IMG/VR virus record: IMGVR_UViG_3300042884_000704
Coordinates: 1-44,364 of that record
Strand: one strand, 5' to 3'
Length of the DNA stretch: 44,364 nt
DNA from: a virus
Lineage: Duplodnaviria > Caudoviricetes
Of this stretch, positions 26,781-36,048 are shown piece by piece. A program made the position numbers and the translations under genes. The notes under the pieces are model-generated. The model was not told the DNA's origin, searched no databases, and saw only the letters and a program-made list of their open reading frames with translations. The first letter of the stretch is position 1, and the number at the start of each line of letters is the position of its first letter.

Positions 26781-27171
26781 GAGGGTAAAAAAATCCTCGC
26801 GTAATGGTGCGACTGAGGCCGTCGGTGATTGCTATGAGGCGGCTGCGAGTCTGATGCTCGAGGTCTGCGAACACGGTCGGCGGCTGGACGCGGCGGCTCA
26901 CCTTCGGGTTGTACATGCCGAGGTCTGCGGTCAAGCGAACATCGAGGGCATCTACCACGGTCATGCGTTCGTGCTGGACGTTGACAAGGGGATCGTGATC
27001 GATACGAGTAACGGCCGATGCTGCGTGCTGCCGAAGCAGGTCTACTACGGGATCGGAAAGATCGATCAGATCAACAACCTGCACGTTTACACGGCCGACG
27101 AGGTGATCGAGAAGCTGCTGTATCTTAGAACTTACGGGCCGTGGGACCTAGAGACTTCGACCGGTCTGTAG
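26773..27171 (+). CDS. transglutaminase/papain-fold protein
   Basis: GDCYEAA (Cys), GHAFV (His), VIDTSNG (Asp). Confidence 0.55.
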   Translation: MSKRVKKSSRNGATEAVGDCYEAAASLMLEVCEHGRRLDAAAHLRVVHAEVCGQANIEGIYHGHAFVLDVDKGIVIDTSNGRCCVLPKQVYYGIGKIDQINNLHVYTADEVIEKLLYLRTYGPWDLETSTGL

Positions 27172-27232
27172 GTCGGTTGCGTCAGCGATTGCAAGGTGTT
27201 ACTCTGTTGGTTCCTCGAACCTCGGAGTAACC

Positions 27233-28606
27233 ATGGCGAAAAATAAAAACGAACCGGCTCAGTGGCGGTCCAAAATCGTCGGGCATGGCAAGGTCGCTGC
27301 GGATCAACTTCTAGCCAACCCGTTCAACCACAGGCGGCATCCTCAGAAGCAGCGGGACGTTGTCTCTGCTTCAATCCAGGAGCTAGGATTCATCAAGTCG
27401 GTGATCGTAAACCGATTGACTGGCCACATCGTTGACGGCCATGAGCGTGTGATGCAGGCTCTCGGTGTAGGCGAAGAAACCCTGATTGATGTTGAGTACG
27501 TTGAGCTATCGCCAGAGGACGAAAAGAAAGCCCTGTTGATTCTAGATGCGTCAAGCGAACTAGCCGAACTCGACGCTTCCCAACTTAATCTTCTGGTTGG
27601 CGACTGCAGTTTCAATCTTGACGCACTGAACGATCTTGCTTCTGAGATGCTAGAGTCCGTGACCATTAATCCGGATCCAGAGATTCACGAGGATGACGTT
27701 CCTGCAGTACCAAGTGACCCCATCACCAAGCCTGGAGACCTATGGGTTCTCGGGCCCCACCGCGTTCTTTGCGGTTCGAGCTTGGAGTCATCATCGATGG
27801 CTCGGTTATTCAAAGACAAAACCGCACAAATGATTTTCACCGACCCACCCTACAATGTGGCGTATGTCGGCGGGACAAAAGAAAAACTGACAATCAAAAA
27901 CGACGCCATGAGCGGTGATGATTTTCTTTCGTTCTTGCGATCTGCATTTAAGACCATGGGCGAGGTTCTAGATCCTGGTGGGGCTGTCTATGTGTGCCAT
28001 GCTGATTCCGAGGGTGAGCGGTTTAGGAATGCGTTTTGTGCTGCTGGATTTGAATTGAAGCAGTGCCTGATTTGGGTCAAAAATTCTTTGGTCCTCGGTA
28101 GGCAAGATTACCAATGGAGGCATGAACCAATTCTTTACGGTTGGAGGTCTGGTGCTCGCCATAGTTTCTATGGTGGTCGAAAACGCACAACGGTCATCGA
28201 TGATTCCGAGGGTCTAACAATCCGTGATTCAGAAGACGGCAAGAAGGAAATCACCATCAGTTTCAATGGTCGCACCGTGATTCTCAAGGTGGACAACTAC
28301 TCGGTTTCTTATGATGGCGATGACTCGCAGGAGTCGACTTGGAGGTTTGACAAGCCATCGCGGAACAGCGATCACCCAACAATGAAACCAATCCGATTGG
28401 TCGCCAGGGCAATCGTCAATTCTTCTGCACCTGCAGACATAGTTCTTGACGGGTTCCTCGGATCAGGCTCAACTTTGATTGCTAGCGATCAGACTGGAAG
28501 AGTATGCTACGGCACTGAGCTGGACCCTCGATACTGCGATGTCATCGTTAAGCGATGGGAAAACATGACCGGCAAAAAAGCTATCCTCGAGGAGCGTGTC
28601 GCATAG
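27233..28606 (+). CDS. ParB-like domain fused to N6-A/N4-C DNA methyltransferase
   Basis: IVDGHER; HRVLCG; FTDPPY; HPTMKP; DGFLGSGST. Confidence 0.9.
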   Translation: MAKNKNEPAQWRSKIVGHGKVAADQLLANPFNHRRHPQKQRDVVSASIQELGFIKSVIVNRLTGHIVDGHERVMQALGVGEETLIDVEYVELSPEDEKKALLILDASSELAELDASQLNLLVGDCSFNLDALNDLASEMLESVTINPDPEIHEDDVPAVPSDPITKPGDLWVLGPHRVLCGSSLESSSMARLFKDKTAQMIFTDPPYNVAYVGGTKEKLTIKNDAMSGDDFLSFLRSAFKTMGEVLDPGGAVYVCHADSEGERFRNAFCAAGFELKQCLIWVKNSLVLGRQDYQWRHEPILYGWRSGARHSFYGGRKRTTVIDDSEGLTIRDSEDGKKEITISFNGRTVILKVDNYSVSYDGDDSQESTWRFDKPSRNSDHPTMKPIRLVARAIVNSSAPADIVLDGFLGSGSTLIASDQTGRVCYGTELDPRYCDVIVKRWENMTGKKAILEERVA

Positions 28607-28608
28607 CC

Positions 28609-29145
28609 ATGGCAAAAAAGAAAACTGAAACAAATCAATGGCAATCTAAGATCGTAGGGCATGGCAAGGTTGCTGCATCGCAACTGCTGGCAAACCCATT
28701 CAACCATCGACTTCACCCTGAAAAGCAACGTCAGGTCGTAGCCGCTTCGATCCAGGAGTTAGGGTTCATCAAGTCCGTGATTGTGAACCAAGTCACCGGA
28801 CACATCATCGACGGCCACGAAAGGGTGATGCAGGCCCTGGGTGTTGGTGAGGAAACGCTGATCGATGTCGAGTACGTCGAACTTACCCCTGATGAGGAAC
28901 GCAAAGCATTGCTGATCCTCGATGCTTCAAGTTCTTTGGCTACAATTGACTCATCGCAGCTAACGCAACTGGTAGACGAATGCAGGTTCGATCTCGAGGG
29001 CCTTCAAGAGTTCGCTGTAGAACTTTTGCAGGTTGCAAACTACGCCAACCCTGATCCAATCAGCAAACCCACAAACGGTGAAAACTCAAACAGCACCGAA
29101 ATTGAATGCCCAAAGTGCAAGTTCAAGTGGCCAAATAAAAAATGA
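28609..29145 (+). CDS. ParB-like domain protein (paralog of the methylase N-terminus) with C-terminal CPKC
   Basis: About 99-aa domain with 13 substitutions relative to the 27233 gene. Confidence 0.8.
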   Translation: MAKKKTETNQWQSKIVGHGKVAASQLLANPFNHRLHPEKQRQVVAASIQELGFIKSVIVNQVTGHIIDGHERVMQALGVGEETLIDVEYVELTPDEERKALLILDASSSLATIDSSQLTQLVDECRFDLEGLQEFAVELLQVANYANPDPISKPTNGENSNSTEIECPKCKFKWPNKK

Positions 29146-29648
29146 CCAAACGCGCCGGAAAGAAAAAGTCACCGGGGCGCGGAAAGAAAACGACAGGCAT
29201 CAAGCCGGTGTCACAATCCGCACCGATAGCGACAGGCAACCCCCAACCAGATTCGTTCTTTTGGCCAGAACTGACCAAAGCGAATCAAGAGCTAGCAACC
29301 AAAGCTGGGAGAGGGGACCAACTAAAACGGCTCAACGATCTGCGGCTAGAACTGCGGTCGGTAAACGAGCGATGGCCAATACCACCTGAACTCCGAGAGC
29401 GGATGGTATTCGAATCGGCTCGGATCATGATGGACCCACAAGCAGGAGTCAAAGAGAAGCTGTGGGCCAATCGGCTTCTGTTGGCAATGGACCAAGTGAA
29501 CACCAAGCCGAAAGAGCTGCCGGTTCAAGTCCAGGCCGGAACCAACATCACGGTCAATCAAATCCTAGCAATGATCGACAGCGGAACAGACGATCTGGAT
29601 ATGAGGGACCGGAAGGTACTACCGGGGGCCGTGGATGACTACGCTTGA
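29142..29648 (+). CDS. putative terminase small subunit
   Basis: Immediately upstream of and overlapping TerL; basic N-terminus, helical core. Confidence 0.55.
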   Translation: MTKRAGKKKSPGRGKKTTGIKPVSQSAPIATGNPQPDSFFWPELTKANQELATKAGRGDQLKRLNDLRLELRSVNERWPIPPELRERMVFESARIMMDPQAGVKEKLWANRLLLAMDQVNTKPKELPVQVQAGTNITVNQILAMIDSGTDDLDMRDRKVLPGAVDDYA

Positions 29649-31095
29649 ACGAGGCGAATGGGTGTCGCCAGCCGACGTTCGCAAGGTGTACGAGGACGCT
29701 CAGGCAATGCGGTCCCCGTTGCTGATGGCCGAACACTTCTCGAACGACTGGAAGCGTGCTCGGCATCTAGCGGTCATCGACTTCGAGTTTCGCAATCTTT
29801 TGAACGATCCGAATTTAGACTGCTTGATCGTGAAGTGTCCGGTTCGGCATGGGAAGTCGCAGTATCTAGCGCGTTGGGCTCCGGCTTGGTATCTGCTGCG
29901 GAATCCATACTCGCGGGTGATGATCTGCACCAACACGGCAACGCTAGCGTCATCGCACTCGCGGTGGGTGCGGGACAAGGTGCATGAGCTTGCACCAATG
30001 ATGGGGCTCCCTGGGGTGGACCCAAAGCACTCGGCGGTTCGAGAGTGGCAACTGGAAAAGTATCACGGCGGCTGTCTGGCCGCGGGTGTTGGGACTTCGA
30101 TCGTTGGGTTCGGTGCGAACGTGCTGATTATCGACGACTACTTGAAGGATGCCAAAAGTGCGTACTCGCAGAAGATCCGTGACGACCAGTGGGATTGGTT
30201 CGTGTCGACTAGCTCGACCCGTCTTGAGCCTGGGGGCAAGGTGGTTCTGTTGTGTACTCAGTGGCATGAGGACGACCTGATCGGACGGATCGAAAAGCGG
30301 AAGGACGAGCTGGAAATACGGGTTCGTTCGATCACGCTGCAAGCTCTGCGGGAGGGCGACGAAGTAAAGGATCCTCTCGGGAGGGCCGAGGGCGAGGCGC
30401 TGTGGCCGGAACGCTGGCCGGAAGAAGTCATGCTGCGTCGCAAGCGGCAGGCTGGTCACTGGTGGTCCTCGATCTACCAGGGCAGTCCGAAGGGCTCGAG
30501 CATGAGTTCCTGGCCAGATGCGTACTTCCAAAATGTCTGGGCCGAGGACGACGAGTTCCCGGACCCTCGGGAGTGCTATCTGTCGGCTGCGTTCCTGGAC
30601 CCCTCGAAAGGCAAGAACTCGCGGAAGGGTGACTATCAAGCAATGGTCTGGATCGGATACCGAAACGGTCTGTTTTATGTCGACTCGAATATCGACCGGA
30701 TGCCAGTCCCGAAAATGGTTCGGACCTACGTCGAGTGGAATCGGGAGCGAAAAACCGCGTTCGTCGGGATCGAGGCTAACGCTTGGCAAGACCTGCTGGC
30801 CGACGACTATTGGGACGTTTGCCAAGAGATCGGGTACAACGCGGACCCACCAATCCTAGTCAATCAGACCGTGAATAAAGTGGTGCGCGTGGAGCGTCTT
30901 GGGAAGTGGTTCGAGAAGCGATTGATCCGGTTCAGGCGTTCGGCGTCCAACGAGATGCTGCTGGACCAACTGCGGACGTTTCCCTACGGGGCGTACGATG
31001 ACGGGCGGGACTGCTTGGAGGCTGCGATGGCTCTTTTGTGTCGCTCGGTGGACGCTCTGCATGGAATGCACGAAGTGACCGAAACTGAAATCTAG
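29635..31095 (+). CDS. terL: terminase large subunit
   Basis: CPVRHGKS Walker A; LIIDD Walker B; TQWHEDDLIG; YQG.P; RNase H-like FLDPS, GIEAN, DDGRD. Confidence 0.93.
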   Translation: MTTLERGEWVSPADVRKVYEDAQAMRSPLLMAEHFSNDWKRARHLAVIDFEFRNLLNDPNLDCLIVKCPVRHGKSQYLARWAPAWYLLRNPYSRVMICTNTATLASSHSRWVRDKVHELAPMMGLPGVDPKHSAVREWQLEKYHGGCLAAGVGTSIVGFGANVLIIDDYLKDAKSAYSQKIRDDQWDWFVSTSSTRLEPGGKVVLLCTQWHEDDLIGRIEKRKDELEIRVRSITLQALREGDEVKDPLGRAEGEALWPERWPEEVMLRRKRQAGHWWSSIYQGSPKGSSMSSWPDAYFQNVWAEDDEFPDPRECYLSAAFLDPSKGKNSRKGDYQAMVWIGYRNGLFYVDSNIDRMPVPKMVRTYVEWNRERKTAFVGIEANAWQDLLADDYWDVCQEIGYNADPPILVNQTVNKVVRVERLGKWFEKRLIRFRRSASNEMLLDQLRTFPYGAYDDGRDCLEAAMALLCRSVDALHGMHEVTETEI

Positions 31096-31121
31096 TTTGG
31101 TTTCTGGGCTTGGTGGCGTTG
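31095..31121 (+). promoter_or_regulatory. GTT-N15-GTGGCGTTG motif, copy 9
   Basis: Directly after terL, in front of the accessory island. Confidence 0.65.
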
Positions 31122-31164
31122 TATCTGCGAACGATTGTTTTTCCATTCATCGCAGAGGTGTTTC

Positions 31165-31743
31165 ATGGCGTGGGAGTTTGAAGATGAGGCCGGTCAGTTC
31201 CGATCGGTCGGCGGCAACGAGTTGCAGCGGTTGGTCAACGACGGGTTGATTACCAGGAGTACAAGGCTGACGGCGACAATCAGCGGAAAGACCGCGATGG
31301 CAGAAAACGTGATCGGACTCAAGTGGCCGGTCGAGGACGAGCAGGAGCAGCTAGAGCGATTGCTCGATGGGTTTCCGTTGTTTTCAGAAGAACCTCCACC
31401 GGCGAATGAGTGGCCAAAAGAGCCACCGCAAACCGCAACGCCTGTAAACGTTTCCAGGGACGCGCCAACCGGGATCTTCGACCTGGGGTTCCGGTCGGCA
31501 TTGACCCCGGCGTTGGTTTCGGCGCTTTGGGGTACATGGCTGACGGTCGGTGCTGGCGGGGTTGCTCTGATGGCGATCGGTATGGGGCTGCGGACTCGCT
31601 CAGGCGGTTCGGTCCCTCAGATGGTCGCTACGGTTGCGGCTTACGCTGTGGCGTATCTGCTGGCCTCGGTCGTGGTGCGGATCGTGTTGGAATGCGTTGT
31701 GGTGTTGTTTCGGATCGCGGATTATCTCAAGAGGATGAAGTAA
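31165..31743 (+). CDS. GYF_2-like plus DUF4282-like membrane protein
   Basis: ELQRLVNDGLITRSTRL N-terminus; IFDLGFRSALTP...VRIVLECVVVLFRIA with 2 TM helices. Confidence 0.65.
   Translation: MAWEFEDEAGQFRSVGGNELQRLVNDGLITRSTRLTATISGKTAMAENVIGLKWPVEDEQEQLERLLDGFPLFSEEPPPANEWPKEPPQTATPVNVSRDAPTGIFDLGFRSALTPALVSALWGTWLTVGAGGVALMAIGMGLRTRSGGSVPQMVATVAAYAVAYLLASVVVRIVLECVVVLFRIADYLKRMK
31443..31456. repeat. palindrome copy 6
   Basis: TGTAAACGTTTCCA, intragenic linker. Confidence 0.75.
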
Positions 31744-31745
31744 CG

Positions 31746-31985
31746 ATGAGCGATGAGCGAAAGGCCCTGAATGCACAGAGGGCCGAGGACGTGAAACGAA
31801 TCAGGGAAGCGTACCTGGAAGCCGAACGTGCGGTTGCCAAGGTCGGTACGTTGCTTCGGACTACAGTGGCAGGCGAGTATATGTGGGCGACCCGTCACCG
31901 GACTGCGATAAGCGGAATCAAGGCGACGCTGAATATCATGCGGAAGGACGTTCCAGACTATCGGGGAAAAGAGCAGGATTCATGA
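31746..31985 (+). CDS. hypothetical protein
   Basis: Coupled small ORF. Confidence 0.5.
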   Translation: MSDERKALNAQRAEDVKRIREAYLEAERAVAKVGTLLRTTVAGEYMWATRHRTAISGIKATLNIMRKDVPDYRGKEQDS

Positions 31986-32233
31986 GCGACGCAATCCCGG
32001 TCGAGTTCGTCGGTGGTCCGTTCGACGGAAAGCAGTTGTGGGTTCCCTCTTTGGAGGGGGATCTGAAAGTGCAGGAGTTGGACCTGCACGCCGAATCGAA
32101 TACGCAGTCCGGCAAGGTGGCCTATATCGAGCATTCGTATCGGCTGCGCAAGGTCGAGGGTATCCTAGTAAGGCTACCGAACGGCTGGCACGCAATGGAC
32201 CACCAGACACCGAACCAGGAGCCAAGGGGATGA
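31982..32233 (+). CDS. hypothetical phage protein
   Basis: FVGGPFDG motif common in small phage proteins; ATGA coupling. Confidence 0.6.
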   Translation: MSDAIPVEFVGGPFDGKQLWVPSLEGDLKVQELDLHAESNTQSGKVAYIEHSYRLRKVEGILVRLPNGWHAMDHQTPNQEPRG

Positions 32234-32487
32234 TCGACAAGAAAATGATCCGAAGCAGGATCGAGGAACTAGAGAGCGTTGCTGGCTGCGACCTGTCGAA
32301 CGCGGACCTGGATCGGCTCGAAGGCTGGTTCTGGGAGGGCTACAAAACGGCGATGCCAGCGTGGGCGTTCCACCAGATCGGCTACGACACGGCCGAGAAG
32401 CGTTCCTACAAGCTAGGGCAGATGACGCGCCGGCTCGAACTCCAACGGACCCTGTGTATCGGGCGTTCCAGGGTGCAAAAAAAGTAG
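32230..32487 (+). CDS. hypothetical protein
   Basis: ATGA coupling. Confidence 0.5.
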   Translation: MIDKKMIRSRIEELESVAGCDLSNADLDRLEGWFWEGYKTAMPAWAFHQIGYDTAEKRSYKLGQMTRRLELQRTLCIGRSRVQKK

Positions 32488-32560
32488 GGTTGTTTTTTTC
32501 TGGCGTTTTTTTCTGGTTTGCGTTTTCCCTGGTTTTTCGTTGGTCCGTCGCGTCGGTCGC

Positions 32561-32574
32561 TGTAAACGTTTACA
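32561..32574. repeat. palindrome copy 7
   Basis: Perfect TGTAAACGTTTACA next to a putative promoter. Confidence 0.8.
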
Positions 32575-32579
32575 AGATT

Positions 32580-32634
32580 CTGGAAAAACCCGCGCCCTGT
32601 TTTTCGGCCAAATGAGCCCTAGCTACTATGGGGG
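32580..32634 (+). promoter_or_regulatory. putative promoter element homologous to 13973-14024
   Basis: TACTAT at 32624-32629; shared upstream blocks; T-tracts upstream. Confidence 0.55.
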
Positions 32635-32679
32635 AGCAAGTCGCTCCCTTGAACGGAAACCTGAAAGGATCAGACGAAA

Positions 32680-32958
32680 ATGGCCAAGGCATCAAAAAGC
32701 GGATTGTTCGAAGTTTGGGGCGGTTTTTTAATCGAAGGCGATTGCTGCACACCAACTCGGATTCACAAATTCCTGGTTAAAACGTTCCCTACTTCGGAAG
32801 CAATCGAGGTTGCGACGCAAAGCAATGCTTTTCACGGATTGGATTACGTTGAAATCCGGTTCCCAAAGAACTACTTGGACCGGATGGCCAATCTGGACAA
32901 GCGCAAGCAAGATCGCCGTAATCGGGAAGCGTTGCTCGATCCATCGGTTCCATTCTAA
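32680..32958 (+). CDS. hypothetical protein
   Basis: AAGGA RBS. Confidence 0.55.
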   Translation: MAKASKSGLFEVWGGFLIEGDCCTPTRIHKFLVKTFPTSEAIEVATQSNAFHGLDYVEIRFPKNYLDRMANLDKRKQDRRNREALLDPSVPF

Positions 32959-33014
32959 CCTTTCAATCAGCCGACAATGCTGAAACCCTAACGCTTTTTT
33001 GGAGACAATGACAG

Positions 33015-33299
33015 ATGGAAAAACTACTCAAGAGGCTACAGTCGATCGAGGAACTGGACTGCGTTCTGCAGAACTGGTGTTCTGACGACGACAAGCGGCC
33101 AGAGGACTACTCGATCGATTTGCTGCTGGATCTGGCGGTCGAGCGGCGAGGGGAGTTCTACGAGGACTGCCACACGCTGTGCGAAGCGTTGCAGGGCGAC
33201 CGTGGGCCGGAGGAAAAGCGGTACGCGAAATCGCAACTGGCCAAGATCAATCGATGGATCAAAGCAGCAAACAAAGCGGTGAACGACGCGAAGCGATGA
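33015..33299 (+). CDS. hypothetical protein
   Basis: GGAG RBS. Confidence 0.55.
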   Translation: MEKLLKRLQSIEELDCVLQNWCSDDDKRPEDYSIDLLLDLAVERRGEFYEDCHTLCEALQGDRGPEEKRYAKSQLAKINRWIKAANKAVNDAKR

Positions 33300-33339
33300 T
33301 CGACGACTGCCTCCTGCCGGGATGGGCTCCGGTTTTTTG

Positions 33340-33366
33340 GTTTTGTTTTGTCGCTCGGTGGCGTTG
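33340..33366 (+). promoter_or_regulatory. GTT-N15-GTGGCGTTG motif, copy 10
   Basis: Intergenic. Confidence 0.65.
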
Positions 33367-33386
33367 TACTGGTGGAGGATTTTTTC

Positions 33387-33638
33387 ATGGCAAAATTCGA
33401 TTGGGAGCAAGTCTCGCGTGGCGTTCACCGGGCTTGCGAATGGACGTTTGAAGTAGTGGCCGGACGGTTCTTTCTGAGCGGTCCAAGCTGGTACGTTCCA
33501 AGCCAAGTCGGTGGCTTTGCATCCTTCGCTGACGTCGAAGAGGAAATCACCGAAGAGTGTCGAGAGCGCCGCGCGGTGCTCCGTGAGTTGATGGGTCAAG
33601 AGTACCAAGCATGGTGCAGAGGATGGGAAAGGGTATGA
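33387..33638 (+). CDS. hypothetical protein
   Basis: GGAGG RBS. Confidence 0.55.
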   Translation: MAKFDWEQVSRGVHRACEWTFEVVAGRFFLSGPSWYVPSQVGGFASFADVEEEITEECRERRAVLRELMGQEYQAWCRGWERV

Positions 33639-34804
33639 CGACGGAAGTGAAACCAGTGGTCGAGGGTCTGCGGTCTGTGATCGCTGATGATGTGATTGCT
33701 GCGGCTGCGGAAAAGTTTGGGCCGTTGTCGGCTGACACGAAGGAAGGCTATCGGGACGTCAAAGAGGCGATCGCGTGGTGTCGAAACCAGCGTGGGGCGG
33801 TCGAAGCGAAGCGGAAGAATCTGAACGAGGAAGCGTTGAAGTGGCAACGAACCGTGAACGCCGAAGCGAAGCGGATCACCTCGAGCCTCGAAGCGATCGA
33901 GGAACCGTTGAAGTCCAAGAAGCAGGCCGTTGACGACAAGGTGGAGCAAGAGCGTGCAGAACTCGCAGCAAAGCACCAAGCCTGGATCGACGGTCGAATC
34001 TCGGAGAGCGTCAAGGTGACCGGAAAGCCGATCTCGACTGCCGAGGCTGAGTCCTGGACCGACGAGCAGTTTGCAGAGTATATCGAAGCCGGACGGAAAG
34101 CGAAGGCAGAAGCAGACGCAAAAGCCAAAGCAGAGGCCGCTACGCTCGCTCAGGAAGAGGCTGACCGGAAAGCCAAGATCAAGGACGAGCAAGATCAGAT
34201 CGCTGCGGACAAGGCGGCACTGGCACGCCAGAAGACCGAACAGGACGAAAGGGAAAGAGAGATCGAAGCGAAGCTGGCCAAGATCTTGAGGGCTGAGGAA
34301 ATGGCTGCGAGGATTCAACCTGCTACCGTGATCGGCGAGAATGACCTAGCCGGGAAGCTGCTGAGGTCGCACGAGGATCGGTCCGGAGCCGAACAGGTCT
34401 TGAAGGCTCAGGTCGAAGCGATGGCAAACTTCCCTGAATTCCCATGCCCTGGGTTTCCAGAGGCTGAGGCCGCCGAGGACTTGAAGGGCGAATCTCGGGA
34501 TGCGTTGGTCGGTGCCTTCGATTCGGTCGATCCGGTCTGTGCGGTCAATCGCATGGCTGTACCAATCGAAAGCGCTCAGGAGATCATGGACGCTGCCGAG
34601 CACGAAGCAGCACGAAACTTGATCGCTCCAAACCACGGCGAAATCATGCTCTTGCTGAGGACGATGCAAGTCGGAGCAAAACGCTTGGAGGAGTTTTTTG
34701 ACGATGCCGAAGGAGTTCTTTGGGAGCGTTACGTCATGGCTGAGGATATCAGGATTGCTGTCGATGACCTGCTAGAAGAAATGGACAACTACGCACCAAA
34801 ATAA
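33635..34804 (+). CDS. DUF1351-like coiled-coil protein
   Basis: KEGYRDVKEAIA.CR..R.AVEAKRK.L.........VNAEAKRIT..LEAIEEPL. Confidence 0.6.
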   Translation: MTTEVKPVVEGLRSVIADDVIAAAAEKFGPLSADTKEGYRDVKEAIAWCRNQRGAVEAKRKNLNEEALKWQRTVNAEAKRITSSLEAIEEPLKSKKQAVDDKVEQERAELAAKHQAWIDGRISESVKVTGKPISTAEAESWTDEQFAEYIEAGRKAKAEADAKAKAEAATLAQEEADRKAKIKDEQDQIAADKAALARQKTEQDEREREIEAKLAKILRAEEMAARIQPATVIGENDLAGKLLRSHEDRSGAEQVLKAQVEAMANFPEFPCPGFPEAEAAEDLKGESRDALVGAFDSVDPVCAVNRMAVPIESAQEIMDAAEHEAARNLIAPNHGEIMLLLRTMQVGAKRLEEFFDDAEGVLWERYVMAEDIRIAVDDLLEEMDNYAPK

Positions 34805-34926
34805 TGGACGATGATTTTTTCAATCTAGTCGACAGGATTGCCGATCGTTGCATCTATGCTGCGGTCGGTTGTCTTGTCGGCTTGCATGCGCTGGGCTTGT
34901 ATCTCGTATGGGATATTGCAAGACAG

Positions 34927-34953
34927 CTTTTCTTTAAGTGATCCGTGGCGTTA
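34927..34953 (+). promoter_or_regulatory. CTT-N15-GTGGCGTTA motif, copy 11
   Basis: Upstream of the 35005 gene. Confidence 0.55.
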
Positions 34954-35004
34954 GATACACGGATGATTCGATAACCCCCAAGACCCTGAAAGGGCAAACT
35001 GCAA

Positions 35005-36048
35005 ATGTCTGATGGAAAAAAGCAAGGTGGCGAAAACTGGCGTGACGCAACTGGTGACGATGTTGCGGAAGTCATAAAGACCGGAAAGCCGATTCCGGCT
35101 AGGTTCAAGGATGACGACAACGAAGACTGGCTAGATTGCTCGCTTGCGGGGTGGAAATTAGTCAAGCATCTTCATGGCTCAAGGTGGGTCGATGTAGACG
35201 GCGTGCTGTGGAAGCAATGCCAAGTCTACCGCGAGCCAGCACCGACGCGCAGTCCCAAGGACGGCTGCCGAATGCTTGAGGACAACGAAGAGCCGATTCC
35301 TGGGGACTTCATCAACTGGGGTGCAGGATGGAACGAACTGACGGCAGCAATGTTCCCTTTGGCGTTAATTCCTTCTTGGTTCTGCCGACCGATTAAAGAG
35401 CCTGTCGAGAGCGGTCCTCCGTCGTCGATCGGATTAACCTACTGCCCCTGGACTGACACGGTTTCTAAGATTGTCCGGACCGATGCAAACGGAAAGGTGG
35501 TCGAGTCGATATCTGCACCCTGGAATCCAGTTGTTGGCGATAAAGTTCGGTTCGTGAATCCGAATCACTCCAGGACCGGAACAATCGGGCGAATAAAATC
35601 AGTGACGAAAAACGAGTATTTGTTCCAAACCGACGACTCAAGATTTGGAAGATGGTGCGTTCTTTCCGAGCTTGAAAAGTACGAGCTTCCTGTACCGAAA
35701 GGCTTTCGGCTGCTCGGTGATGAACCACGGCTGGCGTCTGATGGCTACTGGTCGCTGAGCTGCAAGGACTGGCTTGTGATCGGTGATCGAGTCGAGGAGG
35801 CGAACCGTGACAAGTGGCCAGCGATCCGATTCGTGGTCGATGAGCCTAGACCGGTCAAGCATCAGAGCCAGATTCAAGTCAAGCATCCAGGCCAATCCAA
35901 TAGTCCTGGTTTGATCATGCAGATCAGGCTACCGGTCCCTGCGAGCGTACTAGGCAAGCTGGGAGATATGCTTGAGAAGCACTACCCAGGATCGACAATG
36001 CGTCAGGTCGGTGGCTATCTGGTGTTCGAGGAACCCTCGGATGCGTGA
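35005..36048 (+). CDS. multi-module hypothetical protein
   Basis: 347 aa mosaic of short modules (GCRMLEDNE and GFRLLGDE repeats; KOW-like VGDKVRF). Confidence 0.6.
   Translation: MSDGKKQGGENWRDATGDDVAEVIKTGKPIPARFKDDDNEDWLDCSLAGWKLVKHLHGSRWVDVDGVLWKQCQVYREPAPTRSPKDGCRMLEDNEEPIPGDFINWGAGWNELTAAMFPLALIPSWFCRPIKEPVESGPPSSIGLTYCPWTDTVSKIVRTDANGKVVESISAPWNPVVGDKVRFVNPNHSRTGTIGRIKSVTKNEYLFQTDDSRFGRWCVLSELEKYELPVPKGFRLLGDEPRLASDGYWSLSCKDWLVIGDRVEEANRDKWPAIRFVVDEPRPVKHQSQIQVKHPGQSNSPGLIMQIRLPVPASVLGKLGDMLEKHYPGSTMRQVGGYLVFEEPSDA

Noticed and set aside
33418-33425. Extra GTGGCGTT
   Set aside because: Intragenic, lacks the upstream (G/C)TT at the 15-nt spacing and is followed by C; consistent with chance
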